NCBI GenBank assembly: GCA_019636555.1
Contig: JAHBXH010000001.1
Span: forward strand, 1,582,928-1,646,927
Length of the DNA: 64,000 nucleotides
Reading direction: 5' to 3'
Source: Phycisphaeraceae bacterium
GTDB taxonomy: Bacteria; Planctomycetota; Phycisphaerae; Phycisphaerales; UBA1924
Below the pieces are notes generated by a model that worked only from the letters and a program-made list of their open reading frames with translations, searched no databases and was not told the origin of the DNA. Positions within the stretch are counted from its first letter, which is position 1. Every line of letters begins with the position of its first letter. Made by a program: the position numbers and the translations under genes. This document shows positions 35,701 to 46,973 of the stretch, piece by piece.

Positions 35701-35891
35701 TGGAGAACGGCCGGTTGCTGGCGGGGTTCGACGAGGGTGAAGCGATCACGGCGCTGCAATTCGCCGGGGATCGACTGGCTGTGGCCAGTTTCGAACGGCC
35801 GATCAGGATTTGGGACTTTGAGATGATGGCGAAGAGCCTGGCCGGCAACTGGGAGTATTGGAAAGAGAGGCTGGCCGACCAGCCCGAATGA
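32703..35891 (+). CDS. Ser/Thr protein kinase with N-terminal HxxxCxxC motif, TM helix and WD40 repeats (copy 2)
   Basis: HLRTCERC, VAIKVL, HRDLKPSNVIV, DFGVAR, TM helix, WD40-like repeats (FSPDGRLLATTGDDGMVRLWN). The start could also be ATG 32751. Confidence 0.85.
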   Translation: MSRACPPAREVERSAAMPAPGAGLAEHLRTCERCREIYDAAKFESAFASALRDSPRRIENGPPEIAGYEIVREVSRGGQGIVYEAIQQRTRRRVAIKVLRQDYPVSPASRARFEREIEIAAALKHPGIVAVYDSIAMPQGRFALVLEYVVGHELDYSIAPAGDAERRARLEQIAELCDAVHYAHQKGVIHRDLKPSNVIVDETGRPRVLDFGVARWSSNLDEQRGRITMTGEFAGTLAYAAPEQVSGSGGPPDLRSDVYALGVMLYQATFGALPYSVEGVLDSAIWNIANAPPSRPAGGLRANEDLWTIIHKALSKAPERRYQSAGALAADLRRYLEGETIEARRDSRWYVVRKSLWRHRVGVGVLAGVAVGLVAFGMVQTLSNQRLGAALRTSAIERARALGAAGSRPQADGVIWRELLSLADSPLELAEALFGGSSDERRALWAFSEIQGAYPCLKSITLESEATAASCSADECIVATSNGFIHRWAMPGLTHCESMIVADADSRIQAVSSAGCIGLAFGNARMTVFDIATGQVLQRGEWRSAIAGARMDASGSAAVVWSDFDVSVFELPSLRRMFSDFSERRAIGISHEGDSTLYVGRDDVAHVHSVKLNKEVAAFGFGPNHDSIAEYPFGIMGTNLGISKSQNLGAIGFSRNLVVCNLDTGDHMQRFRITSGDAAVPMFAPTGRWITVSSAGDPNVEILRTSDWSRLAMLCGHEGGARVTAIADDESYVITCDYNRSLRLWPRPGSGACADLEDSIVQPHDISFDRASREIWASDSRGFVRCWGGLGRREPWMLRADAACATTLARAATKSLGAAGGFDGVLSVFRTSDLFLLRSIHLEGDGGIAHARFNPEESLLAVGMRGGRIALLRTDSWEQVAATRLAVARLVQLRWSPNGEFLAVAAANGRCHVLDGRSLRPVIDFECHKPRCRAAEFSPDGRLLATTGDDGMVRLWNSKTWKLEREIGFGTTVGYALAFHEKGKVLAIGDRIGRLTIVDVENGRLLAGFDEGEAITALQFAGDRLAVASFERPIRIWDFEMMAKSLAGNWEYWKERLADQPE

Positions 35892-35918
35892 GGCCGGCCG
35901 GAGCGCGCGCATGGAATG

Positions 35919-35945
35919 AAAAAGCCCCGCGAGTGCGGGGCTTTG
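35919..35945. terminator. bidirectional terminator hairpin between convergent genes
   Basis: aaaaa-gccccgc-gagt-gcggggc-ttt. Confidence 0.65.
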
Positions 35946-35994
35946 GAAGATTCACTCATTGCGGGAAACGCTTTCCTGCCTTCGGTCGGGGTCC

Positions 35995-38568
<2,574 letters not shown>

Positions 38569-38764
38569 ATCTGCGGTTCCAGGGAGTCGGGAGGGTGTGC
38601 GTTCCGGGCCAAGCCGGCGCTTCCGGGAATAGCCTCGACGAATTCGGTGCCGCCGAACATCGCGGCGGAGATCGGCCAGAGAAGGCCGGAGTGTAACGAG
38701 ATCGGCAGGCGCGTGCCTTGCGCTGCAAGGTTTGCGGCGTTTGCACGGACCGAAGGGCCGGGAG

Positions 38765-38980
38765 TTACTTCTCTTCCTTGCGGGTGAAGAATTCGCCCGT
38801 GGTCGCCAGGCGGCGGTTCAGGCTCTTGCGGGCGGCGCGGCGGCGACGTTCGCTGGGCTTCTCGTAGAATTCCTTGCGGCGGATGTCCTTGATCAGGCCT
38901 TCCTTCTCGCAGAGTTTCTTGAAGCGGCGCATCATCTGTTCGACCGTTTCGCCGCTACGTGATTTCACCCGAATCGCCAT
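38765..38980 (-). CDS. rpsU: 30S ribosomal protein S21
   Basis: MAIRVKSRSGETVEQMMRRFKKLCEKEGLIKDIRRKEFYEKPSERRRR. Confidence 0.9.
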   Translation of the reverse strand: MAIRVKSRSGETVEQMMRRFKKLCEKEGLIKDIRRKEFYEKPSERRRRAARKSLNRRLATTGEFFTRKEEK

Positions 38981-39200
38981 CCGAACCTCGCTCTGTGCTG
39001 AGACTTATGCCGCCCTGCGCCCGCAACCGATTGCGAACGTGCGGCGAAGAATTCCGTCCCACGGGGGATGTGGGGGGCGGGATAATAGAACCCTGACCGG
39101 GGGAGTATCAATCCCGGCGAGCGGGAGGGGCCGCCATTTCGTACCATGCGGGACCGATCGGCGCGGAAGCCGTCGGAATCGGTCGGTTGGACTCCAATCT

Positions 39201-39638
39201 ATGAAGACATCGACTTTGAGCGGAAAGCGGCATCCTACTCGATTTGGCGCTTGTTTCTCTGGGCTTCTCCTGGCGGTTGGGACGCTGATTGGCGGCTGCG
39301 AGACGGCCTCCAAGGTGCAGGGGGAAGCGGAAAAGGTCATCGCCAACTACAAGGCGGGGACCCTGACGGCAACCTTGAGCGCCACGCCGTCGCAGGTCCT
39401 CGCGGCATCGGAGCAGACGCTGCGAGACCGCGGGTATTCCATCGATCAGAATGCGACCACGAAGGATCAAGGTGGCATTTTTGCCAGGCCTCCGATGTAC
39501 AACCTCGGACGGACAATCCGGATAGACGTCAGCCCCACGGCGGAGAACAGCGCCGAGATCTTCATCACGACCAATCCGTGGGATGAGTCGCTGGCGCGGA
39601 TCACGTTGGACGGGATACTGGAGCGGCTGGGGATGTGA
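39201..39638 (+). CDS. DUF3568-like lipoprotein
   Basis: ATG 39201. LLAVGTLIGGC lipobox. ~145 aa with the pattern typical of this small lipoprotein family. Confidence 0.55.
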   Translation: MKTSTLSGKRHPTRFGACFSGLLLAVGTLIGGCETASKVQGEAEKVIANYKAGTLTATLSATPSQVLAASEQTLRDRGYSIDQNATTKDQGGIFARPPMYNLGRTIRIDVSPTAENSAEIFITTNPWDESLARITLDGILERLGM

Positions 39639-39690
39639 CGGATGTCGGATGCGTGAATTGGGGTTGCAACGCTGCATTGTCGCATAGCTG

Positions 39691-39723
39691 CAGAAAAGAA
39701 AAAACCCCTCTGCTCGAGGGGTT
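39691..39723 (-). terminator. rho-independent terminator after citrate synthase
   Basis: aacccctc-tgctc-gaggggtt, followed on the minus strand by a ttttcttttctg run. Confidence 0.65.
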
Positions 39724-39755
39724 CGGGTGGATGGCGTCGAGGTTCGGAACTCAGA

Positions 39756-40895
39756 TTACCGCTTGTCGATCGGCGTGTAGGCAACGGCGTGCGGTCCGGT
39801 GTAATCGGAGCCGGGGCGGAAGAGGCGGTTGTCGCTGAGCTGCTCGATGCAGTGAGCCGACCAGCCGCCGACCCGCGAGATCACGAAGCTGGGCGTGAAG
39901 AGATCGAGCGGAAGCCCGATGCAGTGGTAGGTGGTGGCGCTGTAGAAATCGACGTTGGGATAGATGCCCTTCGCGGCCTTCTCGCGGGTCATGACCGCTT
40001 CGATCGCGGTGCTCTTCTCAAAGAGCGGCATGTTGCCGGTGTCCTGCGCGAGCTGCTTCGCGAGGACTTTGAGGTGCGTCGCCCGCGGGTCGTAGGCCTT
40101 GTAGATGCGGTGGCCGAAGCCGGGGATCTTGTCCTTCTTTGCGAGTTTGTCCTGAATGAACTTTTCCGCGTCGTCGACGGTGGGGATCTGATTCAGCATC
40201 TTCATCACGCCCTCGTTGGCGCCGCCGTGGAGGGGGCCGCGGAGCGAGCCAATGGCGCCGGTGATTGCCGAGTAGATGTCGCTCTCGGTCGAGATGAGGA
40301 CGCGGGCGGTGAACGTGCTGTTGTTGAAGCCGTGATCGGCATGGAGCACAAGGCAGACGTCCATCGCCTTGGTCATGGCGGGGGTCGGCTTCTTGCCGTT
40401 GAGCATGTAGAGGAAGTTTTCCGCGAGGCCCATGTTCTTGTCCGGGCGAATGAAGGGCTTGCCCTGACGGAACTGATGGAAGTAGGCGAGCAGCGTCGGA
40501 ACCTGCGCGAGGATCGAGAGCGCCTTGTCGCGGATCGCGGGGATTTCGATCGAGTTGGGCTTGGGATCGTGAAGCCCGAGCGAGGAAACGAGCGTGCGGA
40601 TCGCGTGCATCGGTTCCGCCGTCTTGGGGAAGGTGAGCAGAAGGTCTTCCACACCCTTGGGGATTTCGTAGCGAGAACGGATGGCGGACTCGAAGTCGGC
40701 GAGCTCGGACTTCTTCGGAAGGTGGCCGTTCCAGAGGAAGAAAACGGTCTCCTCGAAGGACGAATTTGACGCGAGATCGCCGATCGGGATGCCGACGTAT
40801 TCGAGGACGCCTTTCTCGCCATCGATAAACGAGATTTTGGTTTGCGCCGCGACGACGCCCTCGAGGCCCTTGGAGAAGGCGGGTTTGTCTGACAT
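39756..40895 (-). CDS. gltA: citrate synthase
   Basis: MSDKPAFSKGLEGVVAAQTKISFIDGEKGVLEYVGI..., HADHGFNNSTF, GFGHRIYKAYDPR. The upstream part of ORF 39756..41252 is not citrate-synthase-like. Confidence 0.9.
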   Translation of the reverse strand: MSDKPAFSKGLEGVVAAQTKISFIDGEKGVLEYVGIPIGDLASNSSFEETVFFLWNGHLPKKSELADFESAIRSRYEIPKGVEDLLLTFPKTAEPMHAIRTLVSSLGLHDPKPNSIEIPAIRDKALSILAQVPTLLAYFHQFRQGKPFIRPDKNMGLAENFLYMLNGKKPTPAMTKAMDVCLVLHADHGFNNSTFTARVLISTESDIYSAITGAIGSLRGPLHGGANEGVMKMLNQIPTVDDAEKFIQDKLAKKDKIPGFGHRIYKAYDPRATHLKVLAKQLAQDTGNMPLFEKSTAIEAVMTREKAAKGIYPNVDFYSATTYHCIGLPLDLFTPSFVISRVGGWSAHCIEQLSDNRLFRPGSDYTGPHAVAYTPIDKR

Positions 40896-41106
40896 GGCAA
40901 GAGTTCCGGCGGGCATGTGGTTGGTGCGGCCGAGGGCCGAATCGGGTGAAATAGAGGCGGGTTTGAGACTTGCGGCGCGAGTGCCGCGCAGGGAGAGACT
41001 ATAGAAACCGGCCCGAGCCGGAGGCAACGCGAGTGGCATTCTCGGGCCCAGATTTCCGCGGTTTTTTGGTCGGCGCACGGGGGCGAAACGTCCCGTACCA
41101 TCGGGC

Positions 41107-42321
41107 GTGATTTTTCCGATCGGCACCGACCGACCGCTCCAACGCCCGACGCTCGTCAACCATCTGCTGCTCCTCCTCAACCTCTTTGCGTTCTGCATCG
41201 TGGTGGTGGGGACGGGGATGGAAGGCGAGACGTACGAATGGGTTGTGGACACGTTTGGTGTATCGCGTGAACATCACGAGTGGTGGCGGTTCATTTCATA
41301 CACGTTTGTTCACGCCGGACCGATGCACCTCATCGGCAACCTGGTGACGCTGTGGGTGTTTGGTCCGAACGTCGAGGATCGGTTCGGCCGGCTGGGGTAT
41401 CTGGCTTTCTACGTCATGGGCGGCGCGATCGCGGGCATGGCTCACCTGATTTCGGGGCCGGCGATCGTGATCGGCGCGTCGGGAGCGATCTCGGCCGTGA
41501 CCGGAGCGTTCCTCGTGCTTTTTCCGCGCACGGTCGTGCGGACGTTCATCTTTTTCTTCCTCATCGGGGTGTTCAACATCCCTGCGATCTACTTCATCTG
41601 CTTCGCGATCGCACGCGATGCGCTCGGCGCGGGCACGGGCGGGTCGAATGTCTCGTACGCCGCGCACTTCGGCGGGTACATCTACGGCTTTTCGGTCGCG
41701 ATGTTCCTGCTCGTGACGAAGGTGCTCGCGCGGGAAGATTACGACTTGTTCTTCATGCTCCGCCAGATGAAGCGGCGCCGGGAAATGCAGGAAGCCCTTC
41801 GGGAAAGCCAGCAGCGATTGCGGCGCGATGCGGCCCGGCCCGAGCGGATTGTCGTCGAATTACCGGAAGTACCCGCCGAGGTCGCTCAGGCGAGAGCAGC
41901 ACTGTCGCGGGCCGTTTCGGCGAACGAGCGCACGAATCTTCCGGCGCTCTATTCGGCACTGATCAGCGCGGTCGAGGCTGCCCGCAAAGTCAATTCGAAT
42001 CTGTCGCCTTCGCTCGAGGTGCTGTCGAACCGCGCGCAGGTCGATCTTGCCAATCGCCTTTTCGAGGCGGGCGAGCGCGAACTGGCGGCGCGGGCGTACA
42101 AGGGGTTCCTCACGCTGTACGAAAAGGATCCGGAATCGGGTGTGGTCCGCGTGATGCTGGCGCTGCTCATGGTGCGCTATCTGAAGCAGCAGCAGCAGGC
42201 GAAGTCGATCCTGGAGGCCGCGATCGGAGCGCTCAAAGACAAAGACGCGGAGCACAAGGAGTTGGCGAGGTCGCTGCTCAGCGAGATCGACACTCCCTCG
42301 GGCAGGGCGGCGGGGACCTGA
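41107..42321 (+). CDS. rhomboid-family intramembrane serine protease with C-terminal helical (TPR-like) extension
   Basis: Catalytic-type motifs GASGAISAV and HFGGYIYG in a polytopic core. GTG start. Confidence 0.8.
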   Translation: MIFPIGTDRPLQRPTLVNHLLLLLNLFAFCIVVVGTGMEGETYEWVVDTFGVSREHHEWWRFISYTFVHAGPMHLIGNLVTLWVFGPNVEDRFGRLGYLAFYVMGGAIAGMAHLISGPAIVIGASGAISAVTGAFLVLFPRTVVRTFIFFFLIGVFNIPAIYFICFAIARDALGAGTGGSNVSYAAHFGGYIYGFSVAMFLLVTKVLAREDYDLFFMLRQMKRRREMQEALRESQQRLRRDAARPERIVVELPEVPAEVAQARAALSRAVSANERTNLPALYSALISAVEAARKVNSNLSPSLEVLSNRAQVDLANRLFEAGERELAARAYKGFLTLYEKDPESGVVRVMLALLMVRYLKQQQQAKSILEAAIGALKDKDAEHKELARSLLSEIDTPSGRAAGT

Positions 42322-42324
42322 CCG

Positions 42325-42966
42325 ATGAGCCGGACACGGGTCAAGATCTGCGGGATTCGCGACATCGATTCGGCACACGCCGCGATCGAAGCGGGCGCCG
42401 ATGCAATCGGGTTCATCTTCGTGCGGTCGAGCCCGCGCTACATCGAGCCGGATGCCGCGGCAGAGATCATGTCTTCTTTGCCCCCGTTTATTTCGACGGT
42501 GGGCGTGTTCATGAACATGCCCATCGACGCGTTCAGCGACATCGAGGAAGCATGCCCGACGACGCACACGCAGTTACATGGCGACGAGGATGCGGAGTTG
42601 ATCGCATCGTGTGCACCGGTGATCAAGGGCGTGCGGTTTGCTGCTCCGACGATCGCGGGTGAACTCGAGCGATTCGAAGGGGACGAGAACGTGGAAGCGA
42701 TCCTGATCGACGGCCCCGCGCCGGGAGAGGGTGTGCCGTTTCGGTGGTCGGATCTGTCGGCACACCTCGCATCGGTATCAAAGCCCGTGTTTCTCGCCGG
42801 GGGACTGAACGAACAAAACGTGGGAGAGGCGATTGCGGAGTTGCGGCCGTATGCGGTGGATGTGTCGAGCGGCGTCGAGCGCGAGCGCGGCGTGAAAGAT
42901 CATGAGTTGATCCGGCGCTTCTGCGAAGCGGTGCGGCGAGCCGATTCCGAACTCGGGGATGAGTGA
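42325..42966 (+). CDS. trpF: phosphoribosylanthranilate isomerase
   Basis: RVKICGIRDIDSAHAAIEAGADAIGFIFVRSSPRYI...AGGLNEQNV. Confidence 0.9.
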   Translation: MSRTRVKICGIRDIDSAHAAIEAGADAIGFIFVRSSPRYIEPDAAAEIMSSLPPFISTVGVFMNMPIDAFSDIEEACPTTHTQLHGDEDAELIASCAPVIKGVRFAAPTIAGELERFEGDENVEAILIDGPAPGEGVPFRWSDLSAHLASVSKPVFLAGGLNEQNVGEAIAELRPYAVDVSSGVERERGVKDHELIRRFCEAVRRADSELGDE

Positions 42967-42975
42967 ACGCGAGCC

Positions 42976-43470
42976 ATGCTGAATATTGGTGAGAACGCGC
43001 CCAATTTCACGCTCATGGATGATTCTGGTGCGCGCGTGTCTCTTTCGTCGTTGCTCGCCTCAGGTCCGGTCGTGCTCTATTTCTACCCGGCCGATTTCAC
43101 GCCCGTGTGCACCGCCGAGGCGTGCATGTTCCGCGATTGGACGGCGGAGCTTGCCGCGGCGGGCGTGCGCGTCATCGGCATCAGCCCGCAGGGCGCGGAA
43201 TCAAAGAGAAAGTTCAAAGAGAAGCACGCGCTGAGCTTTCCGCTGCTCGCCGATCCGGAGAAGGAAGCGATCCACGCGTACGGCGCGGATTTTCTCTTCG
43301 GCATGTTCACGCGCCGGGTGACGTATCTCGTGGAAATCGTTGCGGGTGAGGCGAACGGCCCAGTGCGCGGCGTAGTCGCCGATCGCGCAGTCGCCGATCT
43401 TTCAGTCAAGCCGCACGAGGCGTTTGTGAAGCGCGTGCTCGCCAGATTCGGATCAGTTGCGGGCGCTTGA
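42976..43470 (+). CDS. bcp: peroxiredoxin (Bcp/AhpC-TSA family)
   Basis: VVLYFYPADFTPVCTAEAC peroxidatic-Cys motif. Confidence 0.9.
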   Translation: MLNIGENAPNFTLMDDSGARVSLSSLLASGPVVLYFYPADFTPVCTAEACMFRDWTAELAAAGVRVIGISPQGAESKRKFKEKHALSFPLLADPEKEAIHAYGADFLFGMFTRRVTYLVEIVAGEANGPVRGVVADRAVADLSVKPHEAFVKRVLARFGSVAGA

Positions 43471-44190
43471 GCGCGTAGCGGCGCGCAAGACGCGGACACG
43501 CGGCGGGGCCGCTCCGTCTGAAACGTCGACGACATCCGTATCCGTGATCGCGTAGACGCGGTCGCCGGGTTCGGGACGGATGGCCGCCCCGGAAGACATC
43601 CCGGTGAACGCCGGGAGCAGCGCCGTGTTTGATCCAAAGCAGAAACAGGGCAGCCGGAGCGCATCGCCTCTCGTCCGCAGATGAACAAGCGGGTGGACGT
43701 GGCCGCACCACACGATGCCCTTGGCGCGATCCCGCGCTGGAATGCTCGCGGGATCGTGCGTGAACGCGAAGGGCGGTTCGATCAGCATGGAGTCGTGCAC
43801 GTGTAGACTCCACTCGCGGATGACGAGATTCAGCCGGCGGTCGTGATTGCCGGGTACGAGTTCCATCGGGACGCCGATTTGATGCCGCCAACGCGAAACG
43901 CGCGAGATCATGTCGTCGGTGAGGCCCGCGGGAGCATGAAGCAGATCGCCGAGCACAAGGACGCGCCGAGCCCGGGTCTTTTCGATTGCAACGGAAAGTC
44001 GATTGAGAGGTTCTTCGAGACTGGCGGCCGCCACGACATCGCCGACCGGCTTTCCCTCGGCGTGCCAGGCGTGCTGGCGCCCGAAGTGAAGATCGGCAAC
44101 GAGTAGCGTCTTTGATGCATGCAGGAATGCCGCGCGTTCCGGCAGCAGTTGCACCCGTTGTCCGGCGAGCTCGATGGTGATTCCGTTCAT
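43453..44190 (-). CDS. pdeM: ligase-associated DNA damage response metallophosphoesterase (PdeM-like)
   Basis: MNGITIELAGQRVQLLPERAAF...LLVADLHFGR...VLVLGDLLH...VPGNHD. ATGA overlap with the upstream helicase. Confidence 0.8.
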   Translation of the reverse strand: MNGITIELAGQRVQLLPERAAFLHASKTLLVADLHFGRQHAWHAEGKPVGDVVAAASLEEPLNRLSVAIEKTRARRVLVLGDLLHAPAGLTDDMISRVSRWRHQIGVPMELVPGNHDRRLNLVIREWSLHVHDSMLIEPPFAFTHDPASIPARDRAKGIVWCGHVHPLVHLRTRGDALRLPCFCFGSNTALLPAFTGMSSGAAIRPEPGDRVYAITDTDVVDVSDGAAPPRVRVLRAATRSSARN

Positions 44191-46817
44191 CCTTTCCGCC
44201 CCTTCCCCTGCACGGCGCTCCGGCTTTCCCACTCCGTCTGCATCCGCTCGATTCTTGCCTGCAACGACTCGGTTGACATCCGGCCCGCGATGCGTTCGAT
44301 GATCAGCGGCATGGCGAGCGGCGTCGGCATGATCGGCGCGACGATCCGCATCTTCGAGGCGCCGATGCGACGGAGCACGCGCGCGAGCCTTGTTTCTTCG
44401 AACTGCTTCTCCAGAACTTCCCGCCGCGCCTGATGCAGCAGCAGATTGCCGGGATCAAACTCGCGGAGGACGTCGTACAAGAGGCCGGCGCTTGCCTGGG
44501 TCTGGCGCCCGGACTTTTTCGCGCCGGGAAATGTCTGAGTCACCAGCCCGGAGACTCGCGCGACTTCACGGAACTGGATCTTGGCGAGTTCGGCCATGTT
44601 GATGCTCTCGATCGAGTCTTCGAGCACGCGATCGAGCGAAAAAAGCTCGTGCGCAATGGGTTGATCGAGGCGCAGCGGCGAGGGCGAGAGCAATTCGAAT
44701 CCGTAGTCGTTCGCGGAGATTGTGAACGTTGCGGGAGAGCGCCGCGCGAGGCGGAGGGCGCAGATCGCGGCGATCCCCGCATGCACCAGCCTGCCATCGA
44801 ACGGATAGAAGAACAGGTGGTATCCCTCGCGCGTCTCGACTGTTTCGATGAGCAGTTCATCGGAGCGCGGGATCGCGGAAAGTTCGGATTGCGCGCGGAT
44901 CAGGCCGGCGGCGCCGCGCAATTCGACCGAATCAAGTAGCCCTTCCTGCGCGTGCTCGAGCGTGAGTCGCACGGATTCGCCCAGCGATTCCGAGATCGGC
45001 AGCTTGGTCCCCGCCCAGTGCGGCGTGCGCCTGTTCTTTCCCGAGGCGGGCCGCACATAGGCGACCATGTCGCGAAGCCCGACGAAAACCAGTTGCCTCC
45101 CGGCAAAAAAGAACTTGTCGCCCTGCCGGAGATTCGCAACAAAGTACTCTTCGATCGAGCCGATCCGCCTGCCGCGCCCGATGCAGACATCGACGACGGC
45201 CTCGCCGACGATCGTGCCGACATTCAGCCGGTGCAGGTGCGCGATCCGCTTGTCCGGGACGGTCGCGCGCCCGTCGATGATGTGAACCTTTCGATAGTGG
45301 GGGTACGCACGGAGAGTCTCTCCGCCGCGGCAGACAAGGTCGAGCGCCCAGTCGAATTCCTCGCGCGTCAGATCGCGAAATGACGATGCATCGCGGACTT
45401 CATCAAAGAACAAATCGGGGGAAAAGCCGCCGCCGAGCGAGCACGTGACCATGTGCTGCGCGAGAACATCCAACGGTTTGCGGATCGCGGTTCGCGATTC
45501 GATCCTTCCGCTCTCGATCGCCCGCTTCGCTGCATCGAGTTCGATCAACTCGAGCGCGTGCGTCGGTACGCAGGTGATGTGGCAGGGCGCGCCCGGCCGG
45601 TGGCTCGCGCGCCCCGCGCGCTGAAGCAGCCGCGCAATCCCCTTCACCGATCCGATCTGGAGAACGCGTTCTACCGGGGAGAAATCCACGCCCAGATCGA
45701 GCGAACTGGTCGCGACGGCGAGTTTGATCGTTCCACTCTTGAGCCCCGCTTCGGCGCGCTCGCGATCCTGTCGATCGATCGAGCCGTGGTGCAGCGCCAT
45801 GTGCTCCCGCCACTCCGGCTTCGCATGCCAGATCGCGTGGAACCAGAGTTCCGATTGCGCCCGGGTGTTGGTGAAGAGAAGTGTCGAGCGCTCCGGGTCG
45901 ATGGTTTCGAGCACGCGCGGCAGCATCGAAAGACCGAAGAACCCCGCCCAAGGCAGCCTTTGATCACGAGTCGGCAGCAAAGCTTCCACCACGACATCGC
46001 GGCTGATATCGCCGCGGACGATCGCCGGTTCCGGCGCGGCCGATCCAACGAGCACTCGCGCCGCTTCCTCCAGGTTCGGCAACGTCGCGGAGAGCCCCCA
46101 AGTGCGCATGTTCGGGGCAAAGCTGCGAAGCCGAGCCAGACAGAGTTCGACCTGCGTGCCGCGCTTGCTCGTGAGGAGTTCATGCCACTCGTCCACGATC
46201 ACAGACGACAAGTCGGCGAATAGCTCCGCAGAGTTGTCACGCGTCAAGAGCAGGCACAGGCTCTCCGGCGTGGTAATGAGCACTTCCGGGAGTCGCGTCC
46301 GCTGCTTGGCGCGGATCGATTGCTTCGTATCGCCAGTGCGGCTCTCGACGCCAAATGGCAGCGCCATCTCGTCGATCGGCGCCCGCAGTGCGAGTTCGAT
46401 ATCGCGTGACACCGCCCGCAGCGGTGTCACGTAAAGGATGCGAAGAGCTTGCTTTCGCGCCGGACTCCCCGCCGCCAGTTGCTCATCGATGAGCACCGAA
46501 AGCGGCCCGAGGTACGCGCCATACGTCTTGCCCGCCCCGGTCGGCACCTGAATCAGTCCATCGCGCCCCCGACGAAATGCGCTCCAGGATTCCTCCTGAA
46601 ATCGCCAAGATTCCCAGCCACGCGCTTCAAACCATCGCTTGATCGCTCCCAGCCCATCAGCGGCATCGCGCCAGAGACCGCTGTCGCCTCTCGGCTGGGC
46701 GGCGCGAGGAACTTTCTCTTTCGGCGGAGCAGTCAACGCGCGCAATTGTCGCGAGAGACTGCTGGCGGTCCGCTTCGTCGTCGTCGAAACGGTGGTTTGT
46801 TCCGCGTCTTCAAGCAC
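44187..46817 (-). CDS. lhr: Lhr-like DEXH-box helicase (ligase-associated DNA damage response type)
   Basis: PTGAGKT Walker A, VIVDEWHEL DEXH box, helicase C domain and a long Lhr-type C-terminal region. GTG start. Confidence 0.85.
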   Translation of the reverse strand: MLEDAEQTTVSTTTKRTASSLSRQLRALTAPPKEKVPRAAQPRGDSGLWRDAADGLGAIKRWFEARGWESWRFQEESWSAFRRGRDGLIQVPTGAGKTYGAYLGPLSVLIDEQLAAGSPARKQALRILYVTPLRAVSRDIELALRAPIDEMALPFGVESRTGDTKQSIRAKQRTRLPEVLITTPESLCLLLTRDNSAELFADLSSVIVDEWHELLTSKRGTQVELCLARLRSFAPNMRTWGLSATLPNLEEAARVLVGSAAPEPAIVRGDISRDVVVEALLPTRDQRLPWAGFFGLSMLPRVLETIDPERSTLLFTNTRAQSELWFHAIWHAKPEWREHMALHHGSIDRQDRERAEAGLKSGTIKLAVATSSLDLGVDFSPVERVLQIGSVKGIARLLQRAGRASHRPGAPCHITCVPTHALELIELDAAKRAIESGRIESRTAIRKPLDVLAQHMVTCSLGGGFSPDLFFDEVRDASSFRDLTREEFDWALDLVCRGGETLRAYPHYRKVHIIDGRATVPDKRIAHLHRLNVGTIVGEAVVDVCIGRGRRIGSIEEYFVANLRQGDKFFFAGRQLVFVGLRDMVAYVRPASGKNRRTPHWAGTKLPISESLGESVRLTLEHAQEGLLDSVELRGAAGLIRAQSELSAIPRSDELLIETVETREGYHLFFYPFDGRLVHAGIAAICALRLARRSPATFTISANDYGFELLSPSPLRLDQPIAHELFSLDRVLEDSIESINMAELAKIQFREVARVSGLVTQTFPGAKKSGRQTQASAGLLYDVLREFDPGNLLLHQARREVLEKQFEETRLARVLRRIGASKMRIVAPIMPTPLAMPLIIERIAGRMSTESLQARIERMQTEWESRSAVQGKGRKG

Positions 46818-46973
46818 AAACCGGCTCTCCGCTCCGTCGGGTTAAACCCGCAACCCACAACGATAGTGTCGGCTCGGGAGTCAGGAGTGGTTGGAGGGCG
46901 CTCCGAAGCGTTCTCGGGTCCCGCGAAGAACATGTGACACGTCAGCGTTGCTTGTGTCATACTGCATCAACCG

